Origin: Anaeromyxobacter sp.
Lineage (GTDB): Bacteria > Myxococcota > Myxococcia > Myxococcales > Anaeromyxobacteraceae
Assembly: GCA_049840735.1 (NCBI GenBank)
Contig: JASGJN010000026.1
Coordinates: 520,961 to 584,960 of the forward strand
DNA length: 64,000 nt
Direction: 5' to 3'
The translations under genes and the position numbers were made by a program. Positions within the stretch are counted from its first letter, which is position 1. Each line of letters begins with the position of its first letter. Under the pieces are notes generated by a model. The model made no database searches. It was not told the origin of the DNA and saw only the letters and a list, made by a program, of their open reading frames with translations. Below are positions 28,021 to 37,621 of the stretch, piece after piece.

Positions 28021-29394
28021 GGCGGCCAGCCGCTCGGCCTGGCCGCGGGCCCGGGCTGCCTGGGCACCGTCCCCGCCCAGCGCCAGCGCCCGGGCCGTGA
28101 GCCGCCACGCGGGCGGGCTGGCCGGGCGGGCCCGGACGCGCTCGGAGGCGAGCGCCTGGGCCAGCGCGGCGCGGCCGGCGCGCAGCGCGGCCTCGACGAG
28201 CGTGAGCGACAGCGCGTCCCGCTGCGCGTTGGACCCGCCGAACCGGACCGCCTGGTGGCGGACCGGGTGGAGCGCCTCCACGCAGGCGTCGTGCTGGCCG
28301 CGGCCGAAGGCCAGCAGGGCCCGCCCCACCGGCAGCGCCACCTCGCGCACCATGCGCGCGTTGCTGCCAGTGCCCGCCGCCTGCGCCTCGAGCGCCGCCA
28401 CCTGGGCCGCGGCGTCGGCGTCGCGCCCGGCCGCCACGAAGGCCATGAGCGCGTGGACGTCGTTGAACGCGTAGTACCCCTCGCCCAGGCGCGGGCGCCA
28501 GTCGTCGGCCAACCGCTGCGCCCGCTCCCCCGCGTCCTGCCCGAGCAGGAACAGCCGCCAGACGAGCGCGGAGGCGTCGATCAGCTCCAGCACGGCCTCG
28601 CTGCGCGCCGGCCGGATCCGCTGGTCGTAGAGCGCCAGGGCCGCCGCCACGTCCCCGCGGTCGAGGTGGTACAGCGCCAGGTGCCACCAGTTGTGGATGG
28701 CGAAGGCGTTGTCCGGGGCCCAGTGCCGGCTGGCCTCCGTGAGCCAGGCGATCCCCTCGCCCAGCCGCGCCTGCATCTCCAGCACGTGCGCCACCGCGTG
28801 CCCGGCCCAGGCGTCGGAGGGCGCGACGGCCACGGCGCGGCGCCCGGCCTCCTCGGCGCGGGCGTACTCGCCGTTCTCCTCCAGGCCGAAGGCGTACATC
28901 CCGAGCACGTAGCCGTGGCCGGGCACGCCCTCGTCCCAGGCGTGCAGCGCCTGGGCCACCGCGTCGCGGAGCCGCGCGGTGCGCCCGAGGCAGAAGCTGC
29001 CCAGGTGCGCCAGCTGGATGGCCAGCGCGTCGCGCGGGAACTCCGCCGCCAGCCGATCCCAGCGGTCCACGGCGCCGTCGAAGTCGCGCTCCACCCAGGC
29101 GCGCGCGGCCGCCAGGTGGCCCCGCTCGCGGTCGGTGGCGCGGCCGGCGGCGGCCTCGCCGGCCTCCACCGCCGCGCGCAGCATGAACTCGAGGGGCTGC
29201 TCGGTGGCGGTGACGAGGAGCGCGGCCTTGAAGGCATGGCCCATGACGAAGGTCGGGTCGCGCTCCAGGGCGGCGTCGATGGTGGCGAGCGCGGCGGCCG
29301 AGTAGCCGAGCAGCTGGCCGGTGGCCTGGTCGAGCGCCTCCGCGCTGGCCGGGTGGGGGGTGGAGAGGGTGAGGCCCCTGGCGTCGTGCAGCAT
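28018..29394 (-). CDS. TTC38-like tetratricopeptide repeat protein
   Basis: GMYAFGLEE, HAVAHV, HNWWHLAL, GGSNAQRD. Confidence 0.85.
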   Translation of the reverse strand: MLHDARGLTLSTPHPASAEALDQATGQLLGYSAAALATIDAALERDPTFVMGHAFKAALLVTATEQPLEFMLRAAVEAGEAAAGRATDRERGHLAAARAWVERDFDGAVDRWDRLAAEFPRDALAIQLAHLGSFCLGRTARLRDAVAQALHAWDEGVPGHGYVLGMYAFGLEENGEYARAEEAGRRAVAVAPSDAWAGHAVAHVLEMQARLGEGIAWLTEASRHWAPDNAFAIHNWWHLALYHLDRGDVAAALALYDQRIRPARSEAVLELIDASALVWRLFLLGQDAGERAQRLADDWRPRLGEGYYAFNDVHALMAFVAAGRDADAAAQVAALEAQAAGTGSNARMVREVALPVGRALLAFGRGQHDACVEALHPVRHQAVRFGGSNAQRDALSLTLVEAALRAGRAALAQALASERVRARPASPPAWRLTARALALGGDGAQAARARGQAERLAA

Positions 29395-29528
29395 GGCTTG
29401 ATTCCTCCGGTTCGGGTGAACGAGGGGAGGATGCGGAGGGCCCGGGAATGGGGCGTGATCCCCGCGTGAACCGCGCGGGAAATGCGCACGCCGTCCGGGC
29501 CGGCTACGTCGGGGTTGGAGGTGACCGG

Positions 29529-31514
29529 ATGATCCGGCCTCAGCTGAGCCTGCTCGGCTCGTTCGGGCTGTCCGCCGGCGGCGTCGAGCGGGCGCTCCCC
29601 ACGCGCAAGGCGCAGGCGCTGCTGGCGCTGCTGGCGCGGCGCCCGGGCGCGGCGCTGGCGCGCGCGCACCTGGCCGGCCTGCTCTGGCCCGACGTACCTG
29701 ACGCGCAGGGGCGGGCCAGCCTGCGCCAGGCGCTCTCGGCGCTGCGGCGCGCGCTGGCGGAGGCGGGCGCGGACGGGCCGGACGGGAGGGGCGACGCGGT
29801 GGCGCTCCCGGCCGAGGCGCTGGACGTGGACGTTGCCGAGCTGGAGCGCGCGCTGGCGCGCGGCGACCTGGCCGCGGCGGTGCGGCACTACCGCGGTCCG
29901 CTCCTGGACGGCTTCCCGCCGGTGACGGATCTCTTCGACGCCTGGCTCGAGGGCGAGCGGCAGGCGCTGGCGGCGCGGGCCGCCGGGGCGCTGCGCGAGC
30001 GGCTGGGGGCCCTGGCCGAGGCCGGGGACGTCGAGGCGCTGGCGCTGGGGGAGCGGGCGCTGGCGCTGGATCCGGCCTTCGAGCCGGCCTACCGCGCGCG
30101 GATGCGGGTGCTGGCGGCGGGCGGCGACCGGGCGGGGGCGCTGCGCGAGTTCGAGCGCTGCCGGGCGGCGCTGGCGCGGGCGGTGGGGGCGGAGCCGTCG
30201 GCGGAGACGCAGGCGCTGCGCCGGGCGCTGGAGCAGGAGACGGGGAGGCCGGAGGAGCGGCGGGCGCCCACCGTGGCGGTCCTGCCCTTCGAGGTGCTGG
30301 CGCTGGAGCCGTCCGCCGAGGTGTTCGCCCGCGGGCTGGCGGAGGAGGTGGGCCTGGCGCTGTCGCGGTTCAGGTCGCTGCAGGTGATCGCGCGCGAGTC
30401 GGCGGCGCGGGCGGCGGCGGAGGGGCTGGACGCGGCCGGCCTGGGCCGGGCGCTGGGGGCGGAGTACCTGCTCTCCGGCAGCGTGCGCGCGGCGGGCGGG
30501 CGGCTCCGGGCGGCGCCGCGGCTGGTGGAGGCCGCCTCCGGGCGCCAGCTCTGGGCCGAGCGGTACGACGCCGACCTGGCCGAGGTCTTCGACGTGCAGG
30601 ACCGGATCGCCGGCGCGGTCGCGAGCGCGCTGGTGATGGGCATCGACGCGCGCGAGCTGGAGCGGGCGCGCGAGCGCGCGCCCGAGCGGCTCGACGCCTA
30701 CGCCTGCTGCGTCCGCGGGATGACCGCGCTCCGCGCCGGGAGCGCGGAGGGGGACCGCGAGGCGCGGGCGCTGTTCCAGCGGGCGCTGGCGCTCGACCCC
30801 GGCTGCGCCCGGGCGCTCTCCGGCCTGTCGCTCTCGCACTTCAACGACTGGAGCTGCTCGGCCTGGGAGCGGTGGGACGAGAACGAGCGCGAGGCCTTCC
30901 GCTACGCGGAGGCGGCCGAACGGCTCGACCCGCGCGACCACCACGCCCACTGCGTGCTGGCGCGGATCCTCTGCTACCGGCGCGAGTTCGACGGCGCCGC
31001 CCATCACCTGGAGCGGGCCCTGGCGCTCAACGGCAGCGACGCGGACGCGCTGGTCCACCTGGCGGTGGCCGCCACCTACCTGGGCGACGCCGGGCGCGGC
31101 CGGACGCTGGCCCAGGCCGCGCGCCGGCTGCATCCGTTCCACCCGGACTGGTACGACGCCGCCCTGGCCTTCGCCCATCTCCTGGGACGGGAGCCGCGCC
31201 AGGCGATCGCGCTGGTGGAGCGCGCGCCGGACCTGTTCGTGGACTCGCGCGCGCTGCTGGCGGTCGCGCACGCCCACCTCGGTGAGCTCACCCGGGCCCG
31301 CGAGGAGGCGGTCCGCTTCCTCCACCGGTTCCAGCGCCAGATCGCGCCCGGCGCCCGCCCCGCCGACGCGGTCACGTGGATGCTGCGCGTGAACCCGCTC
31401 CGTCGCGCCGAGGACCGCGCCTGGCTGGTGGCCGGGCTGGTCGCGGCGGGGGTCCCGGCGGACGCGGCGGCGCTCGAGGCCGGCGGCGGGCAGGGGGCGG
31501 GCCTTCCTGCGTGA
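29529..31514 (+). CDS. SARP/BTAD transcriptional regulator with TolB-like and TPR domains
   Basis: LLGSF, LLWPD, SLRQAL, YRGPLLDG, PTVAVLPF, QLWAERYD. Confidence 0.85.
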   Translation: MIRPQLSLLGSFGLSAGGVERALPTRKAQALLALLARRPGAALARAHLAGLLWPDVPDAQGRASLRQALSALRRALAEAGADGPDGRGDAVALPAEALDVDVAELERALARGDLAAAVRHYRGPLLDGFPPVTDLFDAWLEGERQALAARAAGALRERLGALAEAGDVEALALGERALALDPAFEPAYRARMRVLAAGGDRAGALREFERCRAALARAVGAEPSAETQALRRALEQETGRPEERRAPTVAVLPFEVLALEPSAEVFARGLAEEVGLALSRFRSLQVIARESAARAAAEGLDAAGLGRALGAEYLLSGSVRAAGGRLRAAPRLVEAASGRQLWAERYDADLAEVFDVQDRIAGAVASALVMGIDARELERARERAPERLDAYACCVRGMTALRAGSAEGDREARALFQRALALDPGCARALSGLSLSHFNDWSCSAWERWDENEREAFRYAEAAERLDPRDHHAHCVLARILCYRREFDGAAHHLERALALNGSDADALVHLAVAATYLGDAGRGRTLAQAARRLHPFHPDWYDAALAFAHLLGREPRQAIALVERAPDLFVDSRALLAVAHAHLGELTRAREEAVRFLHRFQRQIAPGARPADAVTWMLRVNPLRRAEDRAWLVAGLVAAGVPADAAALEAGGGQGAGLPA

Positions 31515-31551
31515 TCGGCTCCGCCTCGCGGCGGACCGGCCGCGCCTCGCG

Positions 31552-31585
31552 GCGGGGTGGAAGGGCAATGGAAGGAAGCGACCTC
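31552..31585 (+). repeat. Degenerate third copy of the 37-bp repeat
   Basis: CGGGGTGGAAGGGCAATG--GAAGGAAGCGACCTC after a small CCGCG/CGCGG hairpin. Confidence 0.55.
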
Positions 31586-31683
31586 AGTCCCATCACGAAC
31601 AGTCAATGGCGAACTGATCGCGCCCCACTCGAGCTATCGCCGGCGATAGTTGACCGGGGTTGCCTCGAACGCGTGCGCGGCGC

Positions 31684-32169
31684 CTACCACGGCGCCGGCT
31701 GGTCCGAGAGGACGCCGTCGGTGGCGGTGGCCTGGTCGAGGCTGCCGGCCTTGGCCTGGATGCAGAGGTAGGCCAGCGGCTCGGGGCCGGTGGCGCGCCA
31801 GCTGCGCAGGGCGGGCGGGGCGATGCGCACGGCCGAGCCGGCGGAGACGGGGATCCTCTCGCCGTCCACCAGCAGCTCGCCCTGGCCGGAGAGGAAGACG
31901 TACAGCTCCTCGTTCTGCTTGTGGGCGTGGAAGAAGGGGTAGACCTGGCCCGGCTGCAGGAGGCCGAAGGAGACCTCGGTCCCGGTCATGCCCAGCGTCT
32001 GGCCCAGGAAGACCTTCCCTGCGAACGGGCCGATGCGCGTCTGGCGCAGGTACTCGCTCCAGCCGGCGCTGGGGCCGTAGTCGGCGCTGGAGAAGTTCGG
32101 GCCCTGGCGGACGGCGGCGGGCTGGCGGCTGCCGGGGGCGAAGCTGGGGGCGGGGACGTGCTGGGGCAT
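31684..32169 (-). CDS. Cupin domain protein
   Basis: PFFHAHKQNEELY, GQGELLVDGE. Confidence 0.88.
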   Translation of the reverse strand: MPQHVPAPSFAPGSRQPAAVRQGPNFSSADYGPSAGWSEYLRQTRIGPFAGKVFLGQTLGMTGTEVSFGLLQPGQVYPFFHAHKQNEELYVFLSGQGELLVDGERIPVSAGSAVRIAPPALRSWRATGPEPLAYLCIQAKAGSLDQATATDGVLSDQPAPW

Positions 32170-32212
32170 GCGCTGCTCCTTCCTGGAACGGGTGAGCTGC
32201 CGGACTTGAAAA

Positions 32213-32232
32213 TAGCACGACCGTTCGTTCTA
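32213..32232. promoter_or_regulatory. TetR-type operator between divergent cupin and TetR genes
   Basis: Imperfect palindrome TAGCACGACCGTTCGTTCTA. Confidence 0.6.
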
Positions 32233-32302
32233 TGATGCGTTCGTGCGTCGCAGCCCCGCCGGGCTTCCCTGGGGGGCGACTTTCGAGGAGGCTCTGGCGG
32301 GC

Positions 32303-32941
32303 ATGGGCATCGGTGCGGTCACGCGCGAGCGGATCCTGGACGAGGCGGTGCGGCTGGCCAGCCGCGACGGCCTGGTGGCGCTCACCATCGGCACGCTGGC
32401 CGACGCGCTCGCGCTCTCGAAGAGCGGCCTCTTCGCCCACTTCGGCTCGAAGGAGGCGCTGCAGCTGGCGGTCATCGAGCGGGTGGGGCTGATGTACCGC
32501 GAGCGCGCGCTGGCCCCGGCCGCGGCGCTCCCGGCCGGCCCGGAGCGGCTGCGCGCGCTCCTCCGCGGCATGCTCGACTGGATGGACGCCTCCGACCTGC
32601 CCGGCGGCTGCCCCATCTCGGCGGCGTCGTTCGAGCTGGACGGCCAGGCCGCCGGGCCGCTGCGCGAGGCGGTGGCCGCCGCCATCCAGGCAGGCCTGCA
32701 GCGCAACGCGCAGGCCTTCCGCGAGTGCCTGCCCGGGGTCGGCGACGCGGAGCAGGCCGCCTTCGAGCTGCGGGCCATCACGCTCGGCTACCACGTGGCG
32801 TCGCGGCTGCTGCGGGATCCGCAGGCGCGCCGCCGGGCGGAGGCCGCGTTCGAGGCGCTGCTGGCGCGGGGGGCGGTAGGTAGGAAGGGCGGATCCCCGG
32901 CGAAGTCCGCGCCGAAGCGCAAGTCCGCGCGGCGCGCCTGA
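32303..32941 (+). CDS. TetR/AcrR family regulator
   Basis: TRERIL...SKSGLFAHFGSKEAL, PGGC. Confidence 0.92.
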   Translation: MGIGAVTRERILDEAVRLASRDGLVALTIGTLADALALSKSGLFAHFGSKEALQLAVIERVGLMYRERALAPAAALPAGPERLRALLRGMLDWMDASDLPGGCPISAASFELDGQAAGPLREAVAAAIQAGLQRNAQAFRECLPGVGDAEQAAFELRAITLGYHVASRLLRDPQARRRAEAAFEALLARGAVGRKGGSPAKSAPKRKSARRA

Positions 32942-32987
32942 GGCCCGGCGCGGGCTCACTGGCTGGAAACCGGTGAGGGTCCACCCT

Positions 32988-33131
32988 CCGTTCGTGGTGG
33001 CCGTAGGGCCGGGCTCGCGCCGGCCGGTCGGTCAACCCGGCCCGGAGTCGAACCAGGAACGGGATCCGCGAGCGGGTCCCTGTCCTTCGACTCCGCGCCC
33101 GCTGCGCGGGCGCTACGCTCAGGACGAACGG
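32988..33131. repeat. Inverted pair of REP-like repeats (32988-33055 +, 33083-33131 -)
   Basis: CCGTTCG...GTAG-hairpin-CGGAGTCGAA and CCTTCGACTCCG-hairpin-CTACGCTCAGGACGAACGG. Confidence 0.85.
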
Positions 33132-33231
33132 GGCCGTGGCAAGCCCCGGCTTCGAAGCCCCAACGCACGAGGCCCCGGTCCGCTCGGACCGGGGCCCCGG
33201 GTGACCGCCTCGTGCTCCGCGGTCCGCCGCC

Positions 33232-34059
33232 CTACCGCACCACGTTGAGGATGGTCCGCGCCGGCGGGTCCGGGATCTCCGGGTTGCGCTGGCCGCAGGG
33301 CTTCTCGGCCACGGCGTTGCCGCAGCCCTTCTTGCGCAGGCCGACGAGGTCCTTCACCAGCTCGGCCTTCATGAGCTGGATGGCCTTGGCCGGGTCCACG
33401 CCCTTCGGGCACACCTGCGAGCACTCGCCGGCGAAGTGGCAGCGCCAGGGGCCGCGCTCGCCGGAGAGCACCTCGGCGCGCTGCGCGAAGCCCTCGTCGC
33501 GCGAGTCGGCGTTGTAGCGGTGCGCCTGGGCCAGCGGCATGGGGCCGGCGTAGACCGGGTCGGTGGCCAGCGTCGGGCAGGCGCCCATGCAGCAGCCGCA
33601 CTTGATGCAGTAGCTGAACTGGAGGTAGCGCTCCAGCTCGTGCGGCGACTGCCAGTACTCGCCGGTGGGGGCCTCCTGCTCGGCCACGTCCTCGCGGATC
33701 AGGTACGGCTTCATCGCCTTGTGCGAGGCGAAGAGCGAGGACAGGTCGGGGACCAGGTCCTTGAAGATGGCGAAGTTGGGCAGCGGGCCGACGGCGACGA
33801 CGTCCGCCTCCAGCTCGGAGATCTGGGTGTTGCAGGCCAAGCCCGGGCGCCCGTTGATGAGCATGCCGCAGGAGCCGCAGATGCCCATGCGGCACGAGGA
33901 CCGCCAGGCCAGCGTGGGCGCGTGGGTCTCCTTGATGCGCCACAGGCCGTCCAGCACGGTCATGCCGGGCGTGGCCTCGACGGCGTACTCCTCCCAGTGC
34001 GGGGCCGCGTCCTTCTCCGGCTCGTAGCGGCGGACCCGGAAGATCACCTGCTTCGCCAT
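33232..34059 (-). CDS. sdhB: Succinate dehydrogenase/fumarate reductase Fe-S subunit
   Basis: SCRMGICGSC, CIKCGCCMGACP, CHFAGECSQVCP. Confidence 0.95.
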   Translation of the reverse strand: MAKQVIFRVRRYEPEKDAAPHWEEYAVEATPGMTVLDGLWRIKETHAPTLAWRSSCRMGICGSCGMLINGRPGLACNTQISELEADVVAVGPLPNFAIFKDLVPDLSSLFASHKAMKPYLIREDVAEQEAPTGEYWQSPHELERYLQFSYCIKCGCCMGACPTLATDPVYAGPMPLAQAHRYNADSRDEGFAQRAEVLSGERGPWRCHFAGECSQVCPKGVDPAKAIQLMKAELVKDLVGLRKKGCGNAVAEKPCGQRNPEIPDPPARTILNVVR

Positions 34060-34061
34060 GG

Positions 34062-34454
34062 CTAGCCTCCCACCGCCGCCGAGGCGGCCTGCGCGAGGGC
34101 CTGGGCCTGGATGGCCACCCACGCGCCGAACACGAACAGCGCCACGCCGCCCACCGTGAGGACGGCGTCGATGGCCTTCGCCAGCCGCGGCCCCGGCCCC
34201 AGCTCGCGCAGGATGTTGCGCAGGCCGTAGAAGCCGTGGAACAGCGCCGCGCCCAGCATCACCACGTAGCCGACGGCGAAGCCGATGGCCTTGGTGCGGG
34301 CGATGACGCTGGCCCACTCCACCGGGTGGACGCCGGCCAGGCCGAACCAGCCCAGCGTGGCGTCGAGGTGCATGATGGCCATGTGCAGGCCCAGGCCCAG
34401 GAAGAGGACCAGGCCGGCCAGGAGGTGCAGCGCCCAGAGGGTCCTGTCGCGCAT
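34062..34454 (-). CDS. sdhD: Succinate dehydrogenase membrane anchor
   Basis: Three TM helices, HGFYGLR; operon position. Confidence 0.8.
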   Translation of the reverse strand: MRDRTLWALHLLAGLVLFLGLGLHMAIMHLDATLGWFGLAGVHPVEWASVIARTKAIGFAVGYVVMLGAALFHGFYGLRNILRELGPGPRLAKAIDAVLTVGGVALFVFGAWVAIQAQALAQAASAAVGG

Positions 34455-34463
34455 CGTTGGCTC

Positions 34464-34892
34464 CTAGAGGAAGAAGAAGTCGGCCGCGCCCCAGGCGACG
34501 ATCACGCCCGCGAGCAGCATGCCCACCAGCGCGAGCGGCCGCTGCCGGCCCACCGAGGTGGCGTAGGGGTAGACCGGCTCGATGGGCTTGCCCACGCCGA
34601 TCCCCAGCTCCACCAGCACCAGCCGCAGGCCGTTGAGCGCGTGGAAGCCGAAGGCGGCGAAGACCAGGAACTCGCCCACCACGAAGACCGGACCGTGGAC
34701 CAGCCCCATCGACGTGTGCCAGGCCCCCTCGCCGAAGGCGCGGGCCGAGGTGACGAAGAGGTGGAGGACGAAGTAGGCCAGCAGCGCGAGGCCGCTCACC
34801 CGGTGCAGCGTGTAGAGGTAGCGCTCCAGGCCCCAGCGGCCGCCGATGGCCCAGCCGCGGATGCCCAGCCTGTTGGGATGTGGCTTGCTCAT
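34464..34892 (-). CDS. sdhC: Succinate dehydrogenase cytochrome b subunit
   Basis: LHRVSG, FHALNGLR. Confidence 0.88.
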   Translation of the reverse strand: MSKPHPNRLGIRGWAIGGRWGLERYLYTLHRVSGLALLAYFVLHLFVTSARAFGEGAWHTSMGLVHGPVFVVGEFLVFAAFGFHALNGLRLVLVELGIGVGKPIEPVYPYATSVGRQRPLALVGMLLAGVIVAWGAADFFFL

Positions 34893-34913
34893 GGTTGCTC
34901 CGTTCGCGCGGGC

Positions 34914-34961
34914 CCCTTCGGCTTCGCGGCGCTCCGCGCCGCCAAGCTCGGGGCGAGCGGG
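34914..34961 (-). repeat. Degenerate REP between sdhA and sdhC
   Basis: CCCTTCGGCTTCG-hairpin-CAAGCTCGGGGCGAGCGG. Confidence 0.5.
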
Positions 34962-34963
34962 CG

Positions 34964-36676
34964 TTAGTACTTGCGCTCCACCGGCTTCCACATGTCGGCC
35001 ACCACCGGCTTGTACTCGAGCCGGGGGCCGCCCTCGGTGCGGTAGGCCAGCGTGTGCTTCATCCACTGGTCGTCGTCGCGGGTGGTGAAGTCGCGGCGGG
35101 CGTGCGCGCCGCGCGACTCCTGGCGGGCCAGCGCGCCGGCCACCGTCACCTCGCAGAGGTCCACCAGGTTCTCCAGCTCGAAGGCGTGGATGAGGTTGGA
35201 GTTGTAGACCTTGGACTTGTCCAGCACCGGCGCCCTGGCCACGCGGGCGCGGAGCTCGCGGATCCCGGCCAGCGCCGCGGAGAGCCCCTCGCCGGTCCGG
35301 AACACGCCCACGTGCTTGTCCATCAGCGTGCGCAGCTCGGTCCGGAGCTTGTAGAGGTTCTCGTCGCCGGTGCGGGCCAGCACCGCCGCGATCCGGTCCT
35401 CGGCCGCGGCCAGCGCCGGGGCGCTCGCCTCCGCCGGCCCCAGCGCCGGCAGCGCCTTCGCGATCTGCTCGCCGCAGATGGCGCCGAACACCAGGCACTC
35501 GCCGGTGGAGTTGGAGCCCAGGCGGTTGGCGCCGTGGAGCGAGACGCAGGAGGCCTCGCCGGCGGCCCAGACGTTGGGGAGCCGGGTGCGGCCGGTGATG
35601 TCGCACTCCACGCCGCCCATGGAGTAGTGGGCCACCGGCCGGATGGGGATGGGCTGCTCGATGGGATCGACGCCCAGGAACTTGATGCAGACCTCGCGGA
35701 TGAGCGGGAGCCGCTGGTTGATCCGGTCGGCGCCCAGGTGGCGCAGGTCGAGGTGCAGGAAGTCGAGCCCGTCCTCGCGCGCGTAGCCGCGGCCGGCCTC
35801 GATCTCCATCATCTCGGCGCGGGAGACCATGTCACGCGGCGCCAGCTCCATCTTGGAGGGCGCGTAGGCCTGCATGAACCGCTCGCCCTTGGCGTTGACC
35901 AGGTACCCGCCCTCGCCGCGGCAGCCCTCGGTCATGAGGATGCCGCTGGGCACGAGGCCCGTGGGGTGGAACTGGAGGAACTCCATGTCCTCCAGCGGCA
36001 GGCCGGCCCGGTACGCCATGGCCATGCCGTCGCCGGTCACGGTCTGCGAGTAGGTGGTGAAGCCGTGCAGCGTGCCGCCGCCGCCGGAGGCGATGAGCAG
36101 CGCCTTGGCCTGGAGCGCCACCGTCTCGCCGCTGGTGGCGTCGAGGCCCACCAGCGCCTGGAAGCGGCCGTCGGCCACCACCACGTCGGTGATGAACAGC
36201 TCGTCGTAGCGGGTGAAGCTGTCGTACCGCTGCAGCTGGTCGTACAGCGTCTGCATCTCGAAGAAGCCGGTCTTGTCGGCGGCCAGCGTGGCGCGCGGGT
36301 AGGAGTGGCCGCCGAAGGGCCGCTGGTCGATGTGCCCGTCGGCGGTGCGGGTCCACGGGATGCCCCAGTGGTCCAGCTGCCGGATCTCCCTGGGCATGGC
36401 CTCGACGAAGGTCCGGACCACGTCCTGGTCGGCCAGGAAGTCGGAGCCCTTCACCGTGTCCCAGGCGTGCAGCTCGGTGGAGTCGCCCAGGTCGGTGCGC
36501 ATCACCGCGGCGGTGCCGCCCTCGGCGCAGACCGAGTGGGCGCGCATGAGCTGCACCTTGGAGACGATGCCGATGTCCACCTTGCCGCCGGTGCGGCGCG
36601 ACAGCTCCACGGCGGCGCGGAGCCCGGCCAGGCCGGCTCCGAGGATGAGGACGTCGTGCTTCAGCTGGCGGTCCAT
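34964..36676 (-). CDS. sdhA: Succinate dehydrogenase/fumarate reductase flavoprotein
   Basis: GAGLAG, RAHSVCAEGG, QFHPTG, HGANRLG, ESRGAH. Confidence 0.96.
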   Translation of the reverse strand: MDRQLKHDVLILGAGLAGLRAAVELSRRTGGKVDIGIVSKVQLMRAHSVCAEGGTAAVMRTDLGDSTELHAWDTVKGSDFLADQDVVRTFVEAMPREIRQLDHWGIPWTRTADGHIDQRPFGGHSYPRATLAADKTGFFEMQTLYDQLQRYDSFTRYDELFITDVVVADGRFQALVGLDATSGETVALQAKALLIASGGGGTLHGFTTYSQTVTGDGMAMAYRAGLPLEDMEFLQFHPTGLVPSGILMTEGCRGEGGYLVNAKGERFMQAYAPSKMELAPRDMVSRAEMMEIEAGRGYAREDGLDFLHLDLRHLGADRINQRLPLIREVCIKFLGVDPIEQPIPIRPVAHYSMGGVECDITGRTRLPNVWAAGEASCVSLHGANRLGSNSTGECLVFGAICGEQIAKALPALGPAEASAPALAAAEDRIAAVLARTGDENLYKLRTELRTLMDKHVGVFRTGEGLSAALAGIRELRARVARAPVLDKSKVYNSNLIHAFELENLVDLCEVTVAGALARQESRGAHARRDFTTRDDDQWMKHTLAYRTEGGPRLEYKPVVADMWKPVERKY

Positions 36677-36908
36677 GCGGACCTCCCTGGGTGAACGACC
36701 GCTCGCGCGGGATGGCGAGGCGTGGGCGGGCGAGGTTCGGAGGTGTCCGGTGCGACGGCGCGTGCGCGGAGCGCGGGCGCCGGCGTCCGACGGCGGCGGA
36801 AGCTAGCACACGTTTGCAGCGTGCCCGTCCGGCGAAACGCCGCGCGCGCAGGCGCACGCGCAGGCGCCGCTGCATGTCACTTGGAGTGACGCGGCCGGGG
36901 CCGCGCGG

Positions 36909-37322
36909 TCACATCGCCTTACCGAACTCCAGGTGCGTGTCGGCCGGCAGCGGCTCCAGCGACTCCAGCGCGAAACGGTTGCGCGACCAGTCCACCGCCA
37001 GGCGGAAGCGCAGCTTGGCGCCGGGCACGAGCCCATCCACCGCGGGCTGGACGTCAGCCTCGATTCCAAACGGCATGACCATTGACGCCATGCCCACCTT
37101 CCGTCCCTGGCCGTCCACGAAGTCCGGGATGGCCTCGTGGCGGATCCAGAGCTGCCGGGTCGGCCCGCTCCCCTCGATGCGCAGGAGCTCGCCGCGGACG
37201 GTGTAGCGCTGCGCCGCGCTCGCCGGGCCGGAGGACGCGGCGGCCTGCGGCGCGCGCTGCTCGCTGCAGGCGAACAGGGAGAGCAGGGCGGCGGCGGTGG
37301 CGAGGGCGCGGGCGGTGGGCAT
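36909..37322 (-). CDS. CusF-like copper-binding lipoprotein
   Basis: Lipobox LFAC; IRHEAIPDF...MASMVMPF. Confidence 0.75.
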   Translation of the reverse strand: MPTARALATAAALLSLFACSEQRAPQAAASSGPASAAQRYTVRGELLRIEGSGPTRQLWIRHEAIPDFVDGQGRKVGMASMVMPFGIEADVQPAVDGLVPGAKLRFRLAVDWSRNRFALESLEPLPADTHLEFGKAM

Positions 37323-37621
37323 CGCGGGCTCCGGGGCAGGCGGTGGGAAGGTTCTCGCACACCGCGGCGAAGGCCTCCAGCGCCGGAGCGAGGTGGCGCG
37401 AGACGGTGGCGTTCAGCAGCCCGTAGCCGGACGTCCAGGCATGCGGCGCTTTCCAGCAACGATGCCCACGCACCGAAGGTTGGCGCCGGGCGCCCCTGCT
37501 GATGCGTCGATTCCGCCACGCGCGCGCGAGGCGTTCGCGGTACGATCGGGATCTCTCCACTGGAAGGCGCTGCCCCGGCCCGCCCCCGCGGCCCGCCAGG
37601 GCCGGACGCGAGGGGTGACCC

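Noticed and set aside
27242..31585. 37-bp repeats as a CRISPR array or integron attC sites
   Set aside because: Spacing is 0.7-3.5 kb with whole genes between copies, there are no cas or intI genes, and there are no RYYYAAC/GTTRRRY ends.
36876..36890. GTCAC-N5-GTGAC upstream of sdhA as a copper enhancer site
   Set aside because: Opposite arm order and different spacing; no convincing sigma54 promoter nearby.
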